Source: Felis catus
Taxonomy: Eukaryota
Direction: 5' to 3'
Length of the DNA stretch: 64,000 bases
Assembly: GCF_018350175.1 (NCBI RefSeq)
Contig: NC_058369.1
Coordinates: 6,574,001 to 6,638,000, forward strand
Shown: positions 11,882-24,100 of the stretch, piece after piece
Layout of the letters: the number at the start of each line of letters is the position of its first letter
Position numbering within the stretch: the stretch's first letter is position 1
Made by a program: the position numbers and the translations under genes
Notes under the pieces: model-generated
Databases searched by the model: none
Told to the model about the DNA's origin: nothing
What the model saw: only the letters and a program-made list of their open reading frames with translations

Positions 11882-13135
11882 TGGAAGATGTCTTGGGGGC
11901 CTCCACCATGCTCTGGTACGGCTTCACCAACCGAGAGGGGATCCACAGAGGTCCGGAATCTGAAAGAACACAAGTATATCCTCTACCCCAGGTGAGAAGT
12001 CTAGTGGGCCCACACCATGTGGGCCCCCCTTTGGGGGTTTTGTACAGCACCAGAGGGTGAGAGGGCTTATCTGGTTTTGAAGAATTCCATTCAGCTGCAG
12101 TCAGTCCTTGAGAGTCAAGATTTAAGAAATTAAGAGTAATCATAGTATGGTCGAGGAGAAGTTGAGGTTGTAATGTAGACAGCCATGGTTATGTTCCCCC
12201 CCCCTTTTTTGTTTTTGTTTTTAACATGTTTTTTAATGTCCTAAGGGCCCGTTCTATAATAGCTTGGCCTTGTGGGTTGTAAGGAATACCTGTAATATGT
12301 TGGATATTCCATAAGGCACAGAAGTCACGAAATGAAGAGGAGACCTAGGCTGGGCCATTATTCATCTTAATTGTGTGGGGGAAACCCCAGGCTGCAATAG
12401 CACGTAGATGTTGAATACCACTTTGGTGTTTTCTTTTGTATGAGCTGAGGCAAATATAACACTTGAGTAAGTATCTATAGACGCATGGATATATTTATGT
12501 TTACCAAATGTAGGGTAAACTGTAACATCAGTTTGCCAAATCTCATTAGGCTTGAGGCCCTGGGGTTCCTTCCAGCTGAGAAGGAAACAGTGGATAGTAA
12601 TTGACAGTCTGATCAGGAGTGAATGATTTGTTTGGCCTCATTTACAGTAAGGTTAAATTGTTTGCTTAGAGCCAGTTTTGATGATAAAGATTATGGGAGG
12701 CTCTGGCTTCAAAGAGGGGATAACATTCTTGGGAAACAATGTTGTCAACTAAGGCATTACCTTCAACAATGGGCCCAGGAAGGGACTATGGGAGCCAATG
12801 TGAATGAAAAAGAGAGGGAGGTGCGACAGATTAGAGCTAACTGAATACTTTGGAGAAGTATAGCAAAGGCAGGGTCTGGAGGGAGGCAAAGAATATGAAA
12901 AGGGAAATTTTCCATTAAACGCACTGCATATTGAGAATCAGAAGCAATGTTTAAAGGGTAGGGGAAAGTTTCTACCGCTAATAATATGGCTTGTAATTCT
13001 ACATGCTGGATGGAGCCATATTTCTGGTATAAGAAATATGTTCCCAGTTTTCCTCAACTCTCCAAAGGCAAGAAGCCTTGTGAGTTTTTCCGGAGGCATC
13101 TGTAAAACCGTGAGGGCATTCTTAATAGGTTGTTT

Positions 13136-13434
13136 TGTTGGAGAAGTGGATAAAGTACACCAAAGATGGCTGATTGGACTAAAACCAACTCTGGTCTCTA
13201 GCTTAGAGACCCTTCCTCTGGTTTCTTCTTCTTTTGTTTGCTGTGCGCCCGAAAACCCCCACAGATATGGAGGCTGTCGGTTATAAATCACCCTCCCCAC
13301 TGGCATTCCAGGCTCAGGACCTTTGGAGAAACAGTCTCCTCTGAGCCCGCCGGTATAAAATAAATCTCCAATCCATCAAGATCTCCGAGTGCTGCTTGGT
13401 TTTTCTGCCAGCGTTCCAGCCTGGTTCCCTAACA
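13136..13434 (+). mobile_element. Solo LTR of an unrelated retrovirus inserted antisense in pol
   Basis: TGTT...AACA termini; 4-bp TSD GTTT (13132-13135 and 13435-13438); TATAAA ~13282 and AATAAA ~13359. Excising it restores pol frame ...IMLK/QPIKNALTV. Confidence 0.9.
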
Positions 13435-14168
13435 GTTTTAGCATGATTCCCTCAGGAATGATGTGAATCTCCTGGTGAGTCTTAAACCAAGAGTGAGAGG
13501 GGAACCCATAAATAGTATTGCCCATGTAGTCTGCGAGAGCCAGCTGCAGCTCTAGCGAATGAGAGATGGCCTTGTCGAAGAAAGTGCTGCCAGTTGGCAA
13601 GTGGATGTTTGCAGGATCCTGACCTAACAATTCCCAGCATCTTAGACATCCCTTTGGGATTAATTGTGCTATGTTGAATATGAAGGGGGTGAGAGTGTGT
13701 TTAAGACTAATGAGGATAAAGAACCATTCTATTTTTAAAACTTTTTTTTAGCAGTGGCTTGTCCAATTAATGTGGTAGAAAAATCCTTAGTGTTAAGAAT
13801 ACGTAGCTGCAGTGGAAGGTTGGGATCTTGCCTATCGTAGCTACGAGAGGTGAGAGTGGACTGAATATCGTCCAGCTCCTTCTTTGCTGCCGGGGTGAGC
13901 TGGCATGGTGATGTTAAATTAACAAGATCACCAAAAAGCAGCGCTAGGAGGTTGGTTAGGTGGGCATTAGTAATGCCTAGGAGAGGAAGAACCCAGTTAA
14001 TGGTGCCCAACAGTTTTTGTACATCCTTAAGAGTATGAACATTATTAGGAATGGTCTAAAGGATGGGGGGAGGGGGGATTTGAGTATTAAACATTTGTAG
14101 CCCCAGGTAAGAAAAAGGGGTCGACCTTTGTATTTTTGGGGGGGGCTATTTTTAAACCTGTTGGTTTA

Positions 14169-14392
14169 GGGGCGCCTGGGTGGCGCAGTCGGTTAAGCGT
14201 CCGACTTCAGCCAGGTCACGATCTCGCGGTCCGTGAGTTCGAGCCCCGCGTCGGGCTCTGGGCTGATGGCTCAGAGCCTGGAGCCTGTCTCCGATTCTGT
14301 GTCTCCCTCTCTCTCTGCCCCTCCCCCGTTCATGCTCTGTCTCTCTCTGTCCCAAAAATAAATAAATGTTGAAAAAAAAATTAAAAAAAAAT
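14169..14392 (+). mobile_element. Young felid CanSINE inserted in pol (RT)
   Basis: Canonical SINEC_Fc body; TSD taaacctgttggttta. Confidence 0.97.
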
Positions 14393-15076
14393 AAACCTGT
14401 TGGTTTAGTAGGTGGGGGGGGGGGGTGGATGACAAAGAGTTCATCTAGAGGTCGCTGATGCTGGGCACAAAAAAGGATATCATCCATACAGTGATAAACA
14501 AAGCAGGAAACTGCGCCCTAATTGGCTCTAATGCTTCATTAACATAAAATTGGCACATAGTTGGGCTATTAAGCCTCCCTTGGGGGAGGACCTTCCAATG
14601 GTAACAGGGTGTTGGCCCGCAGTGATTGAGAACAGGAACAGTAAAGGCAAATTTTTCTCTATCTTGTTCAGCTAAGGGGATTGTGAAAAAGCAATCTTTC
14701 AAATCAATGATAAGAATCGGCCAATTTTGAGGCAACATTGAGGGAGAGGGAGTTCCTGGCTGCAAGGGGCCAAAAGGCTCAAATACTGCATTAATAGCTC
14801 TGAGATTATGAAGAAATCGCCACTTGCCAGTTTTTTTTGTTTTTGTTTTTGCATTTATTGTTTTTTGGGTTTTTTTTTTTTTTTTTTTTTTTTTAGGAAC
14901 ACAAAACATAGTATTCCAAGGGCACCAAGGAGTATTCCAAGTATGCCCGCTTTTTAATTGTTCATCCACTAATTGTTGGAGATGAACCAATCGGTCCCCT
15001 TTAATTGGCCACTGCTCAACCCATACAGGTTTGTTAGTTTTCCATTTCAATGGGAGGGGCTCAGTTTGAGCAGTGG

Positions 15077-15895
15077 CTAGGAAAAACTTGTTTTAAGCTG
15101 AATATTCCATTGACTCAGTAAGTCTCTTCCCCACAAATTGATAGGGATATTCGTCATGTAGGGCTGTATGTAGGCTATTTGGTCATCAGGCCCTAAACAT
15201 CTGCATAAGCTGAGGCTTTGTTGGGAAGGCTGGGTGCCCCCACCTCCTACCAGGGTGGCTGTAGGGGCGGTGGCCCAGTGAGAAGGTCATTGGGAGGAGG
15301 ATATAACGGTTACATCAGCCCCTGTGTCAATCGACCCTGAGACAAGTTTATCTCTGACTTTTATTTGCAAGAGAGGTTTGTCTTGAGAAATGTTGGTGAG
15401 GTTGTATTGCTCTAAAGGTGAGTTGGTACTCCCAAACCTGCCTTCTTTTTGAGGTTTGTCCACCGTTCTGGGGACCCGAGAAGGATAAGAAGCTGAGCCA
15501 GTTGCTACCCTTTGTTAATGGTGATTAACCTAGAGGCCTGTGCCATAATTTTAATTTCCCCGTTAAAGCCGCTATCAATCACCCCCGGAAGAACTAGGAG
15601 TCTGGCTTTACTAGTGCTATATCCTCCAAGAAGGACACCAACGTAGCCTTTAGGAAGTGGGCCAAATATGCCAGTAGGGATGAGGTATACATGCTCAAGC
15701 TGATTAAGCCTGATGGTCCCCTGGGATTCTAAATCGAACCCTGTGCTTCCTCTGGTGGTGGCAGGTAGGGGTCCCACGGATCCTGGGTAGCCCATGCCTT
15801 GGTGGGGGAGGGTGACTTTTCTTGTGAGCAGAAAGGAGCCATCCCCTCTCTTTGTTGTCCTGGGTGTGGAGGGGGGCACCCAGTTGGGAGTTTCC
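15077..15895 (-). pseudogene. pro: ERV pro with N-terminal dUTPase
   Basis: dUTPase motifs ATTRGSTGFDL, IPTGIFGPLP, LPGVIDSGFNGEIKI; protease active site IDTGADVTVIS (~15300-15345) and INLWGRDLL; GGAAAC slippery-type site near 15890. Confidence 0.93.
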
Positions 15896-17268
15896 TGAAC
15901 TGAGGGGACAGCCGTCTTTATCAAATTCGGATCTACAGGCATTGCCCATTGATTTCCTTTTTTGCATCGAGGGCACAATCTCAGCAAGCGGGAGGCTTGG
16001 GGAGCTTTTACAAAGGGACAGTCCTTTTTGAAGTGTCCCACTTTTCCAAGCCCAAAACAGGTAGGATCAGATTGTCTAAGAGCCAGGGCAAGTAGCTTTG
16101 TTTGTGGGATTCAGTTCTCACGTTTTGACAGGCTTTCACATATTCACTGATAGTGGCTGTGGGGCTGCTTTGGGTTGAACTTAAGAGCTCTTTTGCAATC
16201 GTCACTAGCATTCTCAACAGCCAGGGAGAGAAGTATTGTTTCGGTTGCTTCCATATTATCAAGCTGTCTTTGAATAGCCTGTTGGAGGCGATTGATAAAA
16301 TCCTTATAGTTTTCAGCGGGCCCCTTGTCGGATATTAGTAAAGGACCCTGATGATTTTCCTGAAATGGAGATTTTATGAAAACCACGTCACACGATATCA
16401 GTGCGTTGCTCGCTGACAATGATCGGGAGTGGAGTTTACTGCCTTGGTTGGACATATTGTCCTGGGCTAGATAACTGTTCAGAAGTCACTGGAATAGCAG
16501 CGTCATGTTCTGCACAGCATGAGTGATGCAAACATCATGAAATTCCCGAGCAAAGACAGCATATTGGTCCGGGGTCGCGGTGATTTTCATGCGAGAGCCC
16601 CAGTCCCAGGCACACATGGAATAAGTGCCGCAAATGGTTTCCAAGATACTGATCGTAAAAGGGCTGTGGAGGCTGTATGGCCGAACTGCTTTCTGCAATT
16701 CCTTTACTATTTGGAAGGCCAGGCTTTCATGGACATAATGTCCATTTTGCCTGACAATGGGAAACAGCTGGAGCTCACCGGCCTTATGGGCTTCTTTAAG
16801 GCATTTTTGCATTGGGGTAAGGACCTTATCAGAGCTGGTTGATGAGGTTTTTTGAGGCTCCATGTTGTCCCATCCTCTTGGGGGAGGGGGAGTATCTTTT
16901 GGCTGTAAAGGTGCTAGAGACACAGCCAGATTATAGGGAGACCGAGGTTTCTCCTCCTTTTTAGATAACTCCTATGTCTTCACATGCACCAAGCTCCAGG
17001 GGAGAAGGGCAGTGTGGATGGACCAGGTGAGGATTACCTGAGGGGGGACACTAGCCCCTTCAGAATGCCTGGCCTTCAATGTTTTCCCTACTCGTTCCCA
17101 CATGTCAAGACCGTAAGTTCCTTGTTCTGGGAACTAAGGGCAATTTTGTTGGACAGCCAGCAATAATCTAAGGAGAACCTTATAATTTAGAGTCATCCCT
17201 GCTGTCTCTCCTGGGGACTGACGAATTCGAATATAGTGCTTTTGTTCTGGGGCTAGAGAGTTTCCCAT
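15850..17268 (-). pseudogene. gag: ERV gag (MA-CA-NC), disrupted
   Basis: ATG at 17268 gives MGNSLAPEQ (Gly2, possible myristoylation); LFPIVRQ CA start; major homology region IRQG/PAENYKDFINRL; two NC knuckles (CFGLGKVGHFKKDC, CPRCKKGN.W.NAC). Confidence 0.92.
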
Positions 17269-17325
17269 GATAGATCTCTCAAAAAAGTTCCATGGCAGTG
17301 GATACTAACACAGTTTTGCTTTATC

Positions 17326-17334
17326 GCTTACCTC
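17326..17334 (-). promoter_or_regulatory. Putative ERV major splice donor
   Basis: GAG|GTAAGC in the leader, upstream of the gag ATG. Confidence 0.6.
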
Positions 17335-17473
17335 GTCAGGTAGAGACTGTACACAGTGCATTTTTTTTTCTTGGCGCTCCTTGATCATTCCGTGGCATCA
17401 TGCAGTCCTTGTGTCACACCGCCTGGCCACGTCGGCTCTTGGTCCACGTTGGCCTGTAGTCCCCTTCTCCTCT

Positions 17474-17491
17474 GTCATGTCGGGGTCACCA
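17474..17491 (-). promoter_or_regulatory. Primer-binding site complementary to tRNA-Trp
   Basis: TGGTGACCCCGACATGAC, 2 nt after the 5' LTR; 16/18 match to TGGTGACCCCGACGTGAT (complement of the tRNA-Trp(CCA) 3' end). Confidence 0.9.
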
Positions 17492-17493
17492 TC

Positions 17494-18353
17494 TGTCATA
17501 GACTCTGGGTCTAAAGTTCTCTCTTGTCTAGCAAGAGAAGAGGATGCAGGATGACCGGGGAGAGATGGCGAATGTCCGGGAAAAGACAAGAGCCCCGAAT
17601 AAGGGTCCTTGCCCCATTTTTATTAGGATCAGAAGGCTTACAAACATGGCAATGGACATGCACGAAGAGATGATGAATCTGTGAACATTAACCGTGAACA
17701 TTAATGTGAGGGAAAGGGGGTCTTGAGGAATTTGGGGTTAGGGGTTTGGGTTAACACAAAACAAAATCTGGGTGCCTGGCAGTCAGGAGGAAGGTTGTTT
17801 ACAGCGGACATGAGGCAGCACCTATGTTTACCTTAGCTAGCCTAGGGGATGAGACAGGTAGGGTGAGTAACCTCAGGGTTGACAAGGAACCTTTTCTTTT
17901 GTTAACCATCTCTGCTCTGGGCTGCTTCACCTGCAGCACAGCGGGTCTATAGACCAACTTACCTGCTTACCTAACTTGGTCCTTTCTTCCTGTGAAAGCA
18001 GCTTTCTGCTATAGTACTGAAGTGGGGGTGCTTCCACCCTGAATATCTAATCTTGTTCATCTCATATTCCTATATATTGGGCACCTTTGCATTCATTCCT
18101 ATTTTAGGCCTTTGCCCCTCCCTCTCTATTCTGGGGGCTCTTCACCCCCTCTCTATTCTAGGGTACCTTTCACCTCCCCATTATGGTAACTTTGCACCTC
18201 CCTATTCTCAGGGTCCCTTTGCACCCCCCTATTCTTAGGGTGCCAATCTGATTTACCCAAACTCGGGTGTGAGCATTTTGTGACTTTGTATTTCTTTATG
18301 CCTTGTTAACCCATTGGTGTAAACCTGGGGGATTCCTAAACTTATCCCCCACA
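17494..18353 (-). repeat. 5' LTR (860 bp)
   Basis: Homologous to 9045-9888; adjoins the PBS; flanked by the TSD. Confidence 0.96.
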
Positions 18354-21155
18354 CAAAAGGATGCAAAATATGACACCATATATATAAACAGAGGCTGAGT
18401 AAAAAATTAAGTGCTTTTAGAAAGGGTTCAGACTTAACCATCAACTCAACACAGACTGTTACATGCATAAGATGTTGCATACAAACCTAAGGGTAACCGT
18501 AAATCAGAACCTATAATTAAAAAAAACCACAATAGGGGCACCTGGGTGGCTCAGTCAGTTGAGCGTCCGACTTCAGCTCAGGTCATGATCTCATGGTCCG
18601 TGAGTTCGAGCCCCGCGTCGGGCTCTGTGCTGACAGCTCAGAGCTTAGAGCCTGCTTCTGATTCTGTGTCTCCCCCTCTCTCTGCCCCTCCCCGTTCATG
18701 CTCTGTCTCTCTCTGTCTCAAAAATAAATAAAAATGTTAAAAAAAATTTTTTTTTGAAAGAAAAAAAAACCCACAATAAATACACAAAAATAAAGAGAAA
18801 GTAATCCAAGCATAACACTAAAGAAAGCCATCAAACCACAAGGGAAGAGAGCAAAGAAAGAATAGAGAAGAACTACATAATCTATAAAACAAATAACAAA
18901 ATGACAATAAGTACATACCTACCAATAACTACTTTGAATGTAAGTGCACTAAATGCTCCAATCAAGACATAGGGTAACTCAATGAATATAAAAGCAAGAC
19001 CCATCTATATGCTACCTACAAGAGATGGATACATGCAAATTGAAAGTTATGGGAATGGAAAAAAATATAAACCATGCAAATGGGAGTGAAAAGAAAGATG
19101 GGGAAGTAATACTCCTATTGGACGAAATAGACTTTAAAAGAAAGACTCTAGCAAGAGGCACTACATAATGATAAAGGCAACCATCTAACACGAGGATAAA
19201 GCAATTGTAAATATTTATGCACCCAATATGAAAGCACTTAAGTATGTTATGCAACTATTAACAAACATTTAAAAAAGAAATGGACAGTAATACCTGTCCA
19301 AGTGCACATGGAACATTCTCTGGTATAGATCACATGTTAAGCCACAAAACAAGTCTGAATAAATTTAGGAATACTGAAATCATATCATGCATATTTTCCA
19401 ACCACAATGGTATAAAACTAGAAATCAATTATAAGAAAAAATCCGGGAAGAACACAAACACATGAGGCTAACCAACATGATAGTGAACAACGAATGAATG
19501 GTTCAAAGATACCAAGGAGGAAAATTTTAAAGTATCTGGAGACAAAGGAAAAAGCAGTGATCCAAAATTTTGGGGGCATAGCAAAAGCAGTTCTAAGAGG
19601 GAAGTTTACAATGACACCAATCTGCCTCAAGAAGTAAAAATCTCAACCTAACCTGATGCCTAAAGGAGCTGAAAAAGAACTAAGAACAAAACTAGTAAAA
19701 GGAAGGAAGTAATAACAGCAGAAATAAATGAAATAGCGACTTAGTCGAAAAGATCAATGAAACCAAGAGCTGGTTCTTTGAAAAGATAAACAAAACCTCT
19801 AGCCAAATTAAATGAGAAAAAAGAGGACTCAATCAGAAATGAAGGAAGAGAAATAACAATCATCACATAAGTAAGGAGTATAAGAAAATACTATAAAAAT
19901 TTGTATGTTAACAATTGGACAACCTAGAAATAGATAAATTCCTAGAAACATTCAATCTTCCAAAGTTAAATCAGGAATAAATAGAAAATTTGAAACATTA
20001 AGAGTAATAAAATTGAATTTGTAATAAAAAAAAACTTCCAACAAACAAAAGTCCAGGGTCAGACGGCTTCACAGGTGAATTCTACCAAACATTTAAAGGC
20101 GTCGATACCTATTCTTCTCAAACTATTCCAAAAATAGAAGAGGAAGAAAAATTTCCAACCCATTCTATGTGATCAGCAATACCCTGATACTAAAACCAGA
20201 TGAAGACACTACAAAAAGGGAAAACTGCAGGCCAGGATCTCTGATGAAAATAGATGTAAAAATCCTCAACAAAGCATTAGCAAACCAAACTCAACAACAC
20301 ATTAAAAAAATCATTCACTACAATCAAGTGGGATCTATTTCAGAGATGCAAGTGTGGTTCAATATTCACAAATCAATGCGATACATCACATTAACAAGAG
20401 AAAAGATAAAAACTGTATGATGTAAAAACTATAGATGCAGAAAAAGCATTTCAGAAAATACAATATCCATTCCTGATAGAAGCTCTCAACAAAGAGGGTT
20501 TAGAAAGAATATACCATAACATAGTAAAAGCCACATATGAAAAACCCACAGCTAAAATCATACTCAATGGTGAAAAACTGAAATCTTTTCCCCTAAGAAC
20601 AGGAACAAGACAAGAAAAGTTCACTCTCACCATTTTTATTCAACACAGTATTGAAAATCCTAGCTGAAGCGGATAAGAAAAATAAAAGACATCGAAATTG
20701 GCAATGAAGAAAACTGTCAGTATTGAGATGACATGATACTATATATAGAAAACCCTAATGTTTCTACCAGAATTAGAACTGATAAATGAATTCAGGAAAG
20801 TTGCAGAATACAAAATTGTTATACAGAAATCTTTTATATTGTATACACTAACAACAAAGTATTGGAAAAGGAAATTAAGAAAACCATCGCATTTATAATT
20901 GCACCAAAAGGAATAACATCTAGGAGTAGTTTAACCAAGGAGTTGAAAGACATATATTATGAAAACTATAAGATACTGATGAAAGAAACTAAAAATGACA
21001 CAAATGGAAAGGTAAATTTTGCTCATAGTTTCAAAGAATTAATATTGTTAAGATGTCCCTACTACCCAAAGCCATCTACAAAGATAACATAATCCCTATC
21101 AAAATACCAATAGCACTTTCCACTGAACTAGAACAAATAATGTTAAAATTTATAT

Positions 21156-24100
21156 GGAGGAAGATGGCCGTGTAGGAGGACTCTGGGCTCACCTCGTCCT
21201 GCTGATCACTTAGATTCCACCCACATCTGCCTAAATAACCCAGAAAACCTCCAGAAGACTAGCAGAACGGACTCTTCAGAGCCAAACATAGACAAGAGGC
21301 CCATGGAAAGAGGGTAGGAAGGGCGGAGAGGCAGTGCGCGCTACACGGACTGGTGGGAGGGAGCCGGGGCCATGGAGGGGCAGCCCGCTGGGCAAGGCAG
21401 AGCCCCTGAGTCTGGCTTGCAAAAGTGGAGGGGCCAGACTGCATGAGTTATGACAGCCAGCAGGACTTAACATCTGGAATGTTAAAAGTCAACAGCTCTG
21501 CTCTCAGAGAGCAGGGAGGGTGAGAGTACACTGGGAGGGAGAGTTGCTGAGCCCAGCTCGACAGAGCTCAGCTCGGTGAGGAACAAAGTCACTGGCCAGT
21601 GCCATCTCCCTCTCCCATCCCCCAGCCAAAATTCCAAAGGGAACCAGTTCCCATCACCAAACTTACTTACACTTCACAAATGCCCAAAGCTGTGCTTCTG
21701 TGGATCCATCCCTCCGACGGGTCTGCCTCCCTCCTGGTGCTGCAGGGCCCCTCTGGCAGGGGACCACCGACAGCAAAGTGAGCTAAGCCTGCCCCTCCCA
21801 CCCCTGTGCACCTTGCAGATCCACCCCAGCTAATATACCAGATCCCACTGAAGCAGCACCACAAGCCTGGCAGTGTGCAAGTAGCCCAGACAGGGGCCAG
21901 ACCACTCCACAGTGAGTCCTGCCCCTGGGAGAGGGGAAGATAAGGTACACACCAGTTTGACTGTGGCCCCAGTGGTGGGCCGGGGGCAGACATCGGGTCT
22001 GACTGTGGCCCCGCCCACCAACATATGTTACTCCGGACAGCACAGGGGAAGTGCCCTGCAGTTTGGAGCCACTGCAGGGACTACCCAAAATGATGAAACA
22101 GAAGAATTCTCAAAAGAAACTCCAGGAAGTAGTGACAGCTAATGAATTGATCAAAAATGATTTAAGCAATATAATGGAACAAGAATTTAGAATAATAGTC
22201 ATAAAATTAATCGCTGCACTTGAAAAAAGCATACAGGACAGCAGAGAATCTATTGCTACAGAGATCAAGGGACTAAGAAATAGTCATGAGGAACTAAAAA
22301 ATGCTATAAATGAGGGGCAAAATAAAATGGAGGTGGCCATAGCACGGATTGAAGAGGCAGAGGAGCAAATAGGTGAATTAGATGATAAAATTATGGAAAA
22401 AGAGGAAACTGAGAAGAAGATAAAAAAAAATCCAGGAGTATGAGGGGAGAATTAGAGAACTAAGTGATGCAATCAAACGGATCCATATCATAGGAATTCC
22501 AGAAGAAGAAGAGAGAGAGAAAGCGGCTGAAGGTGTACTTGAACAAATCATAGCCGAGAACTTCCCTGATCTGGGGAAGGAAACAGGCATTGAAATCCAA
22601 GAGGCACAGAGAACTCCCTTCAGACATAACTTGAATTGGTCTTCTGCATGACATATCATAGTGAAACTGGAAAAACACAAGGATAAAGAGAGAATTCTGA
22701 AAGCAGCTAGGGATAAACGGGCCCTAACATACAAAGGTAGACAGACATGTAAAGGTAGTAGCAGACCTATCTACTGAAACTTGGCAGGCCAGAAAGGAAT
22801 GGCAGGACATCTTCAATGTGATGAACAGAAAAAATAAGCAGCCAAGAATCCTTTACCCAGCAAGCCTGTCATTCAGAATAGGAGAGATACAGGTTTTCCC
22901 AAACAAACAAAAACTGAAAGACTTCATCACCACTAAACCAGCCCTACAAGAGATCCTCATGGGGACTCCGTGAGTGAAATGTTGCAAGGACCACAAAGTA
23001 CCAGAGACACCATTACAAGCATGAAACCTACAGACATCACAATGACTCTAAACCCGTATCTTTCAATAACAACATAATGTAAATGGACTAAATGCTCCAA
23101 CCAAAAGACATAGGGTATCAGAATGGATAAAAAACAAGACCCGTCTATTGGCTGTCTACAAGAGACTCATTTTAGACCTGAGCACACCTTCATTTGAAAG
23201 TGAGGGGATGCAGAACTATCTATCATGCTACTGGAAGTCAAAAGAAAGCTGGAGTAGCCATACTTAGACAAACAAGACTTTAAATTAAAGGCGGTAACAA
23301 GAGATGAAGAAGGGCATTATATAATAATTACAGGGTCTATCCATCAGGAAGAGCTAACAATTATACATGTCTACATGCCAAATACGGGAGCCCCCAAATA
23401 CATAAAACAATCACAAACATAAGGAATCTTATTGATAAGAATGTGGTAATTGCAGGGGACTTTAATACCCCACTTACAACAATGGATAGATCAGCCAGAC
23501 ACAGGATCAATAAAGAAACAAGGGCCCTGAATGATACATTGGATCAGATGGACTTGACAGATATATTTAGAACTCTGTATCCCAAAGCAACAGAATATAC
23601 TTTCTTCTCAAGTGTGCATGGAACATTCTCCAAGAAAGATCACACACTGGGTCACAAAACAGCCCTTCATAAGTATAAAAGAATTGAGATCATACCATGC
23701 ACACTTGCAGATCACAATGCTATGAAACTTGAAATCAACCACAGGAAAAAGTCTGGAAACCCTCCAAAAGCATGGAGGTTAAAGAACATCCTACTAAAGA
23801 ATGAGTGGGTTAACCAGGCAATTAGAGAAGAAATTTAAAAATATATGGAAACAAATGAAAATGAAAATACAACAATCCAAATGCTTTGGGATGCAGCAAA
23901 GGCAGTCCTGAGAGGGAAATACATTGCAATCCAGGCCTATCTCAAGAAACAAGAAAAATCCCAAATACAAAATCTAACAGCACACCTAAAGGAACCAGAA
24001 GCAGACCAGCAAAGACACCCCAAACCCAGCAGAGGAAGAGAAATAATAAAGAGCAGAGCAGAAATAAACAATATGGAATCCAAAAAAAGCAGTAGAGCAG

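Larger units (their letters stand above)
11847..15080 (-). pseudogene. pol: ERV pol (RT-RNaseH-IN), disrupted
   Basis: [46 protein letters not shown] (degenerate YMDD), RNaseH TDASG and [37 protein letters not shown]. Confidence 0.95.
9045..18353 (-). mobile_element. Full-length defective class II (betaretrovirus-like, ERVK superfamily) endogenous retrovirus
   Basis: Paired TG...CA LTRs; 6-bp TSD caaaag (9039-9044 and 18354-18359); PBS and PPT; gene order gag, dUTPase-pro, pol, env; beta-type TM. Confidence 0.97.
7595..21155 (+). mobile_element. Older carnivore L1 (ORF1 at ~7720-8900; ORF2 remnants at ~18900-21155), split by the provirus and two SINEs (8628-8848, 18535-18770)
   Basis: ORF1-like sequence (gaaaacttccctaatctggggaagga; ctatcagctgatttttcagcagaaac) is continuous across the ERV TSD into the inter-ORF region and EN/RT motifs ([29 protein letters not shown]). 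Confidence 0.88.
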
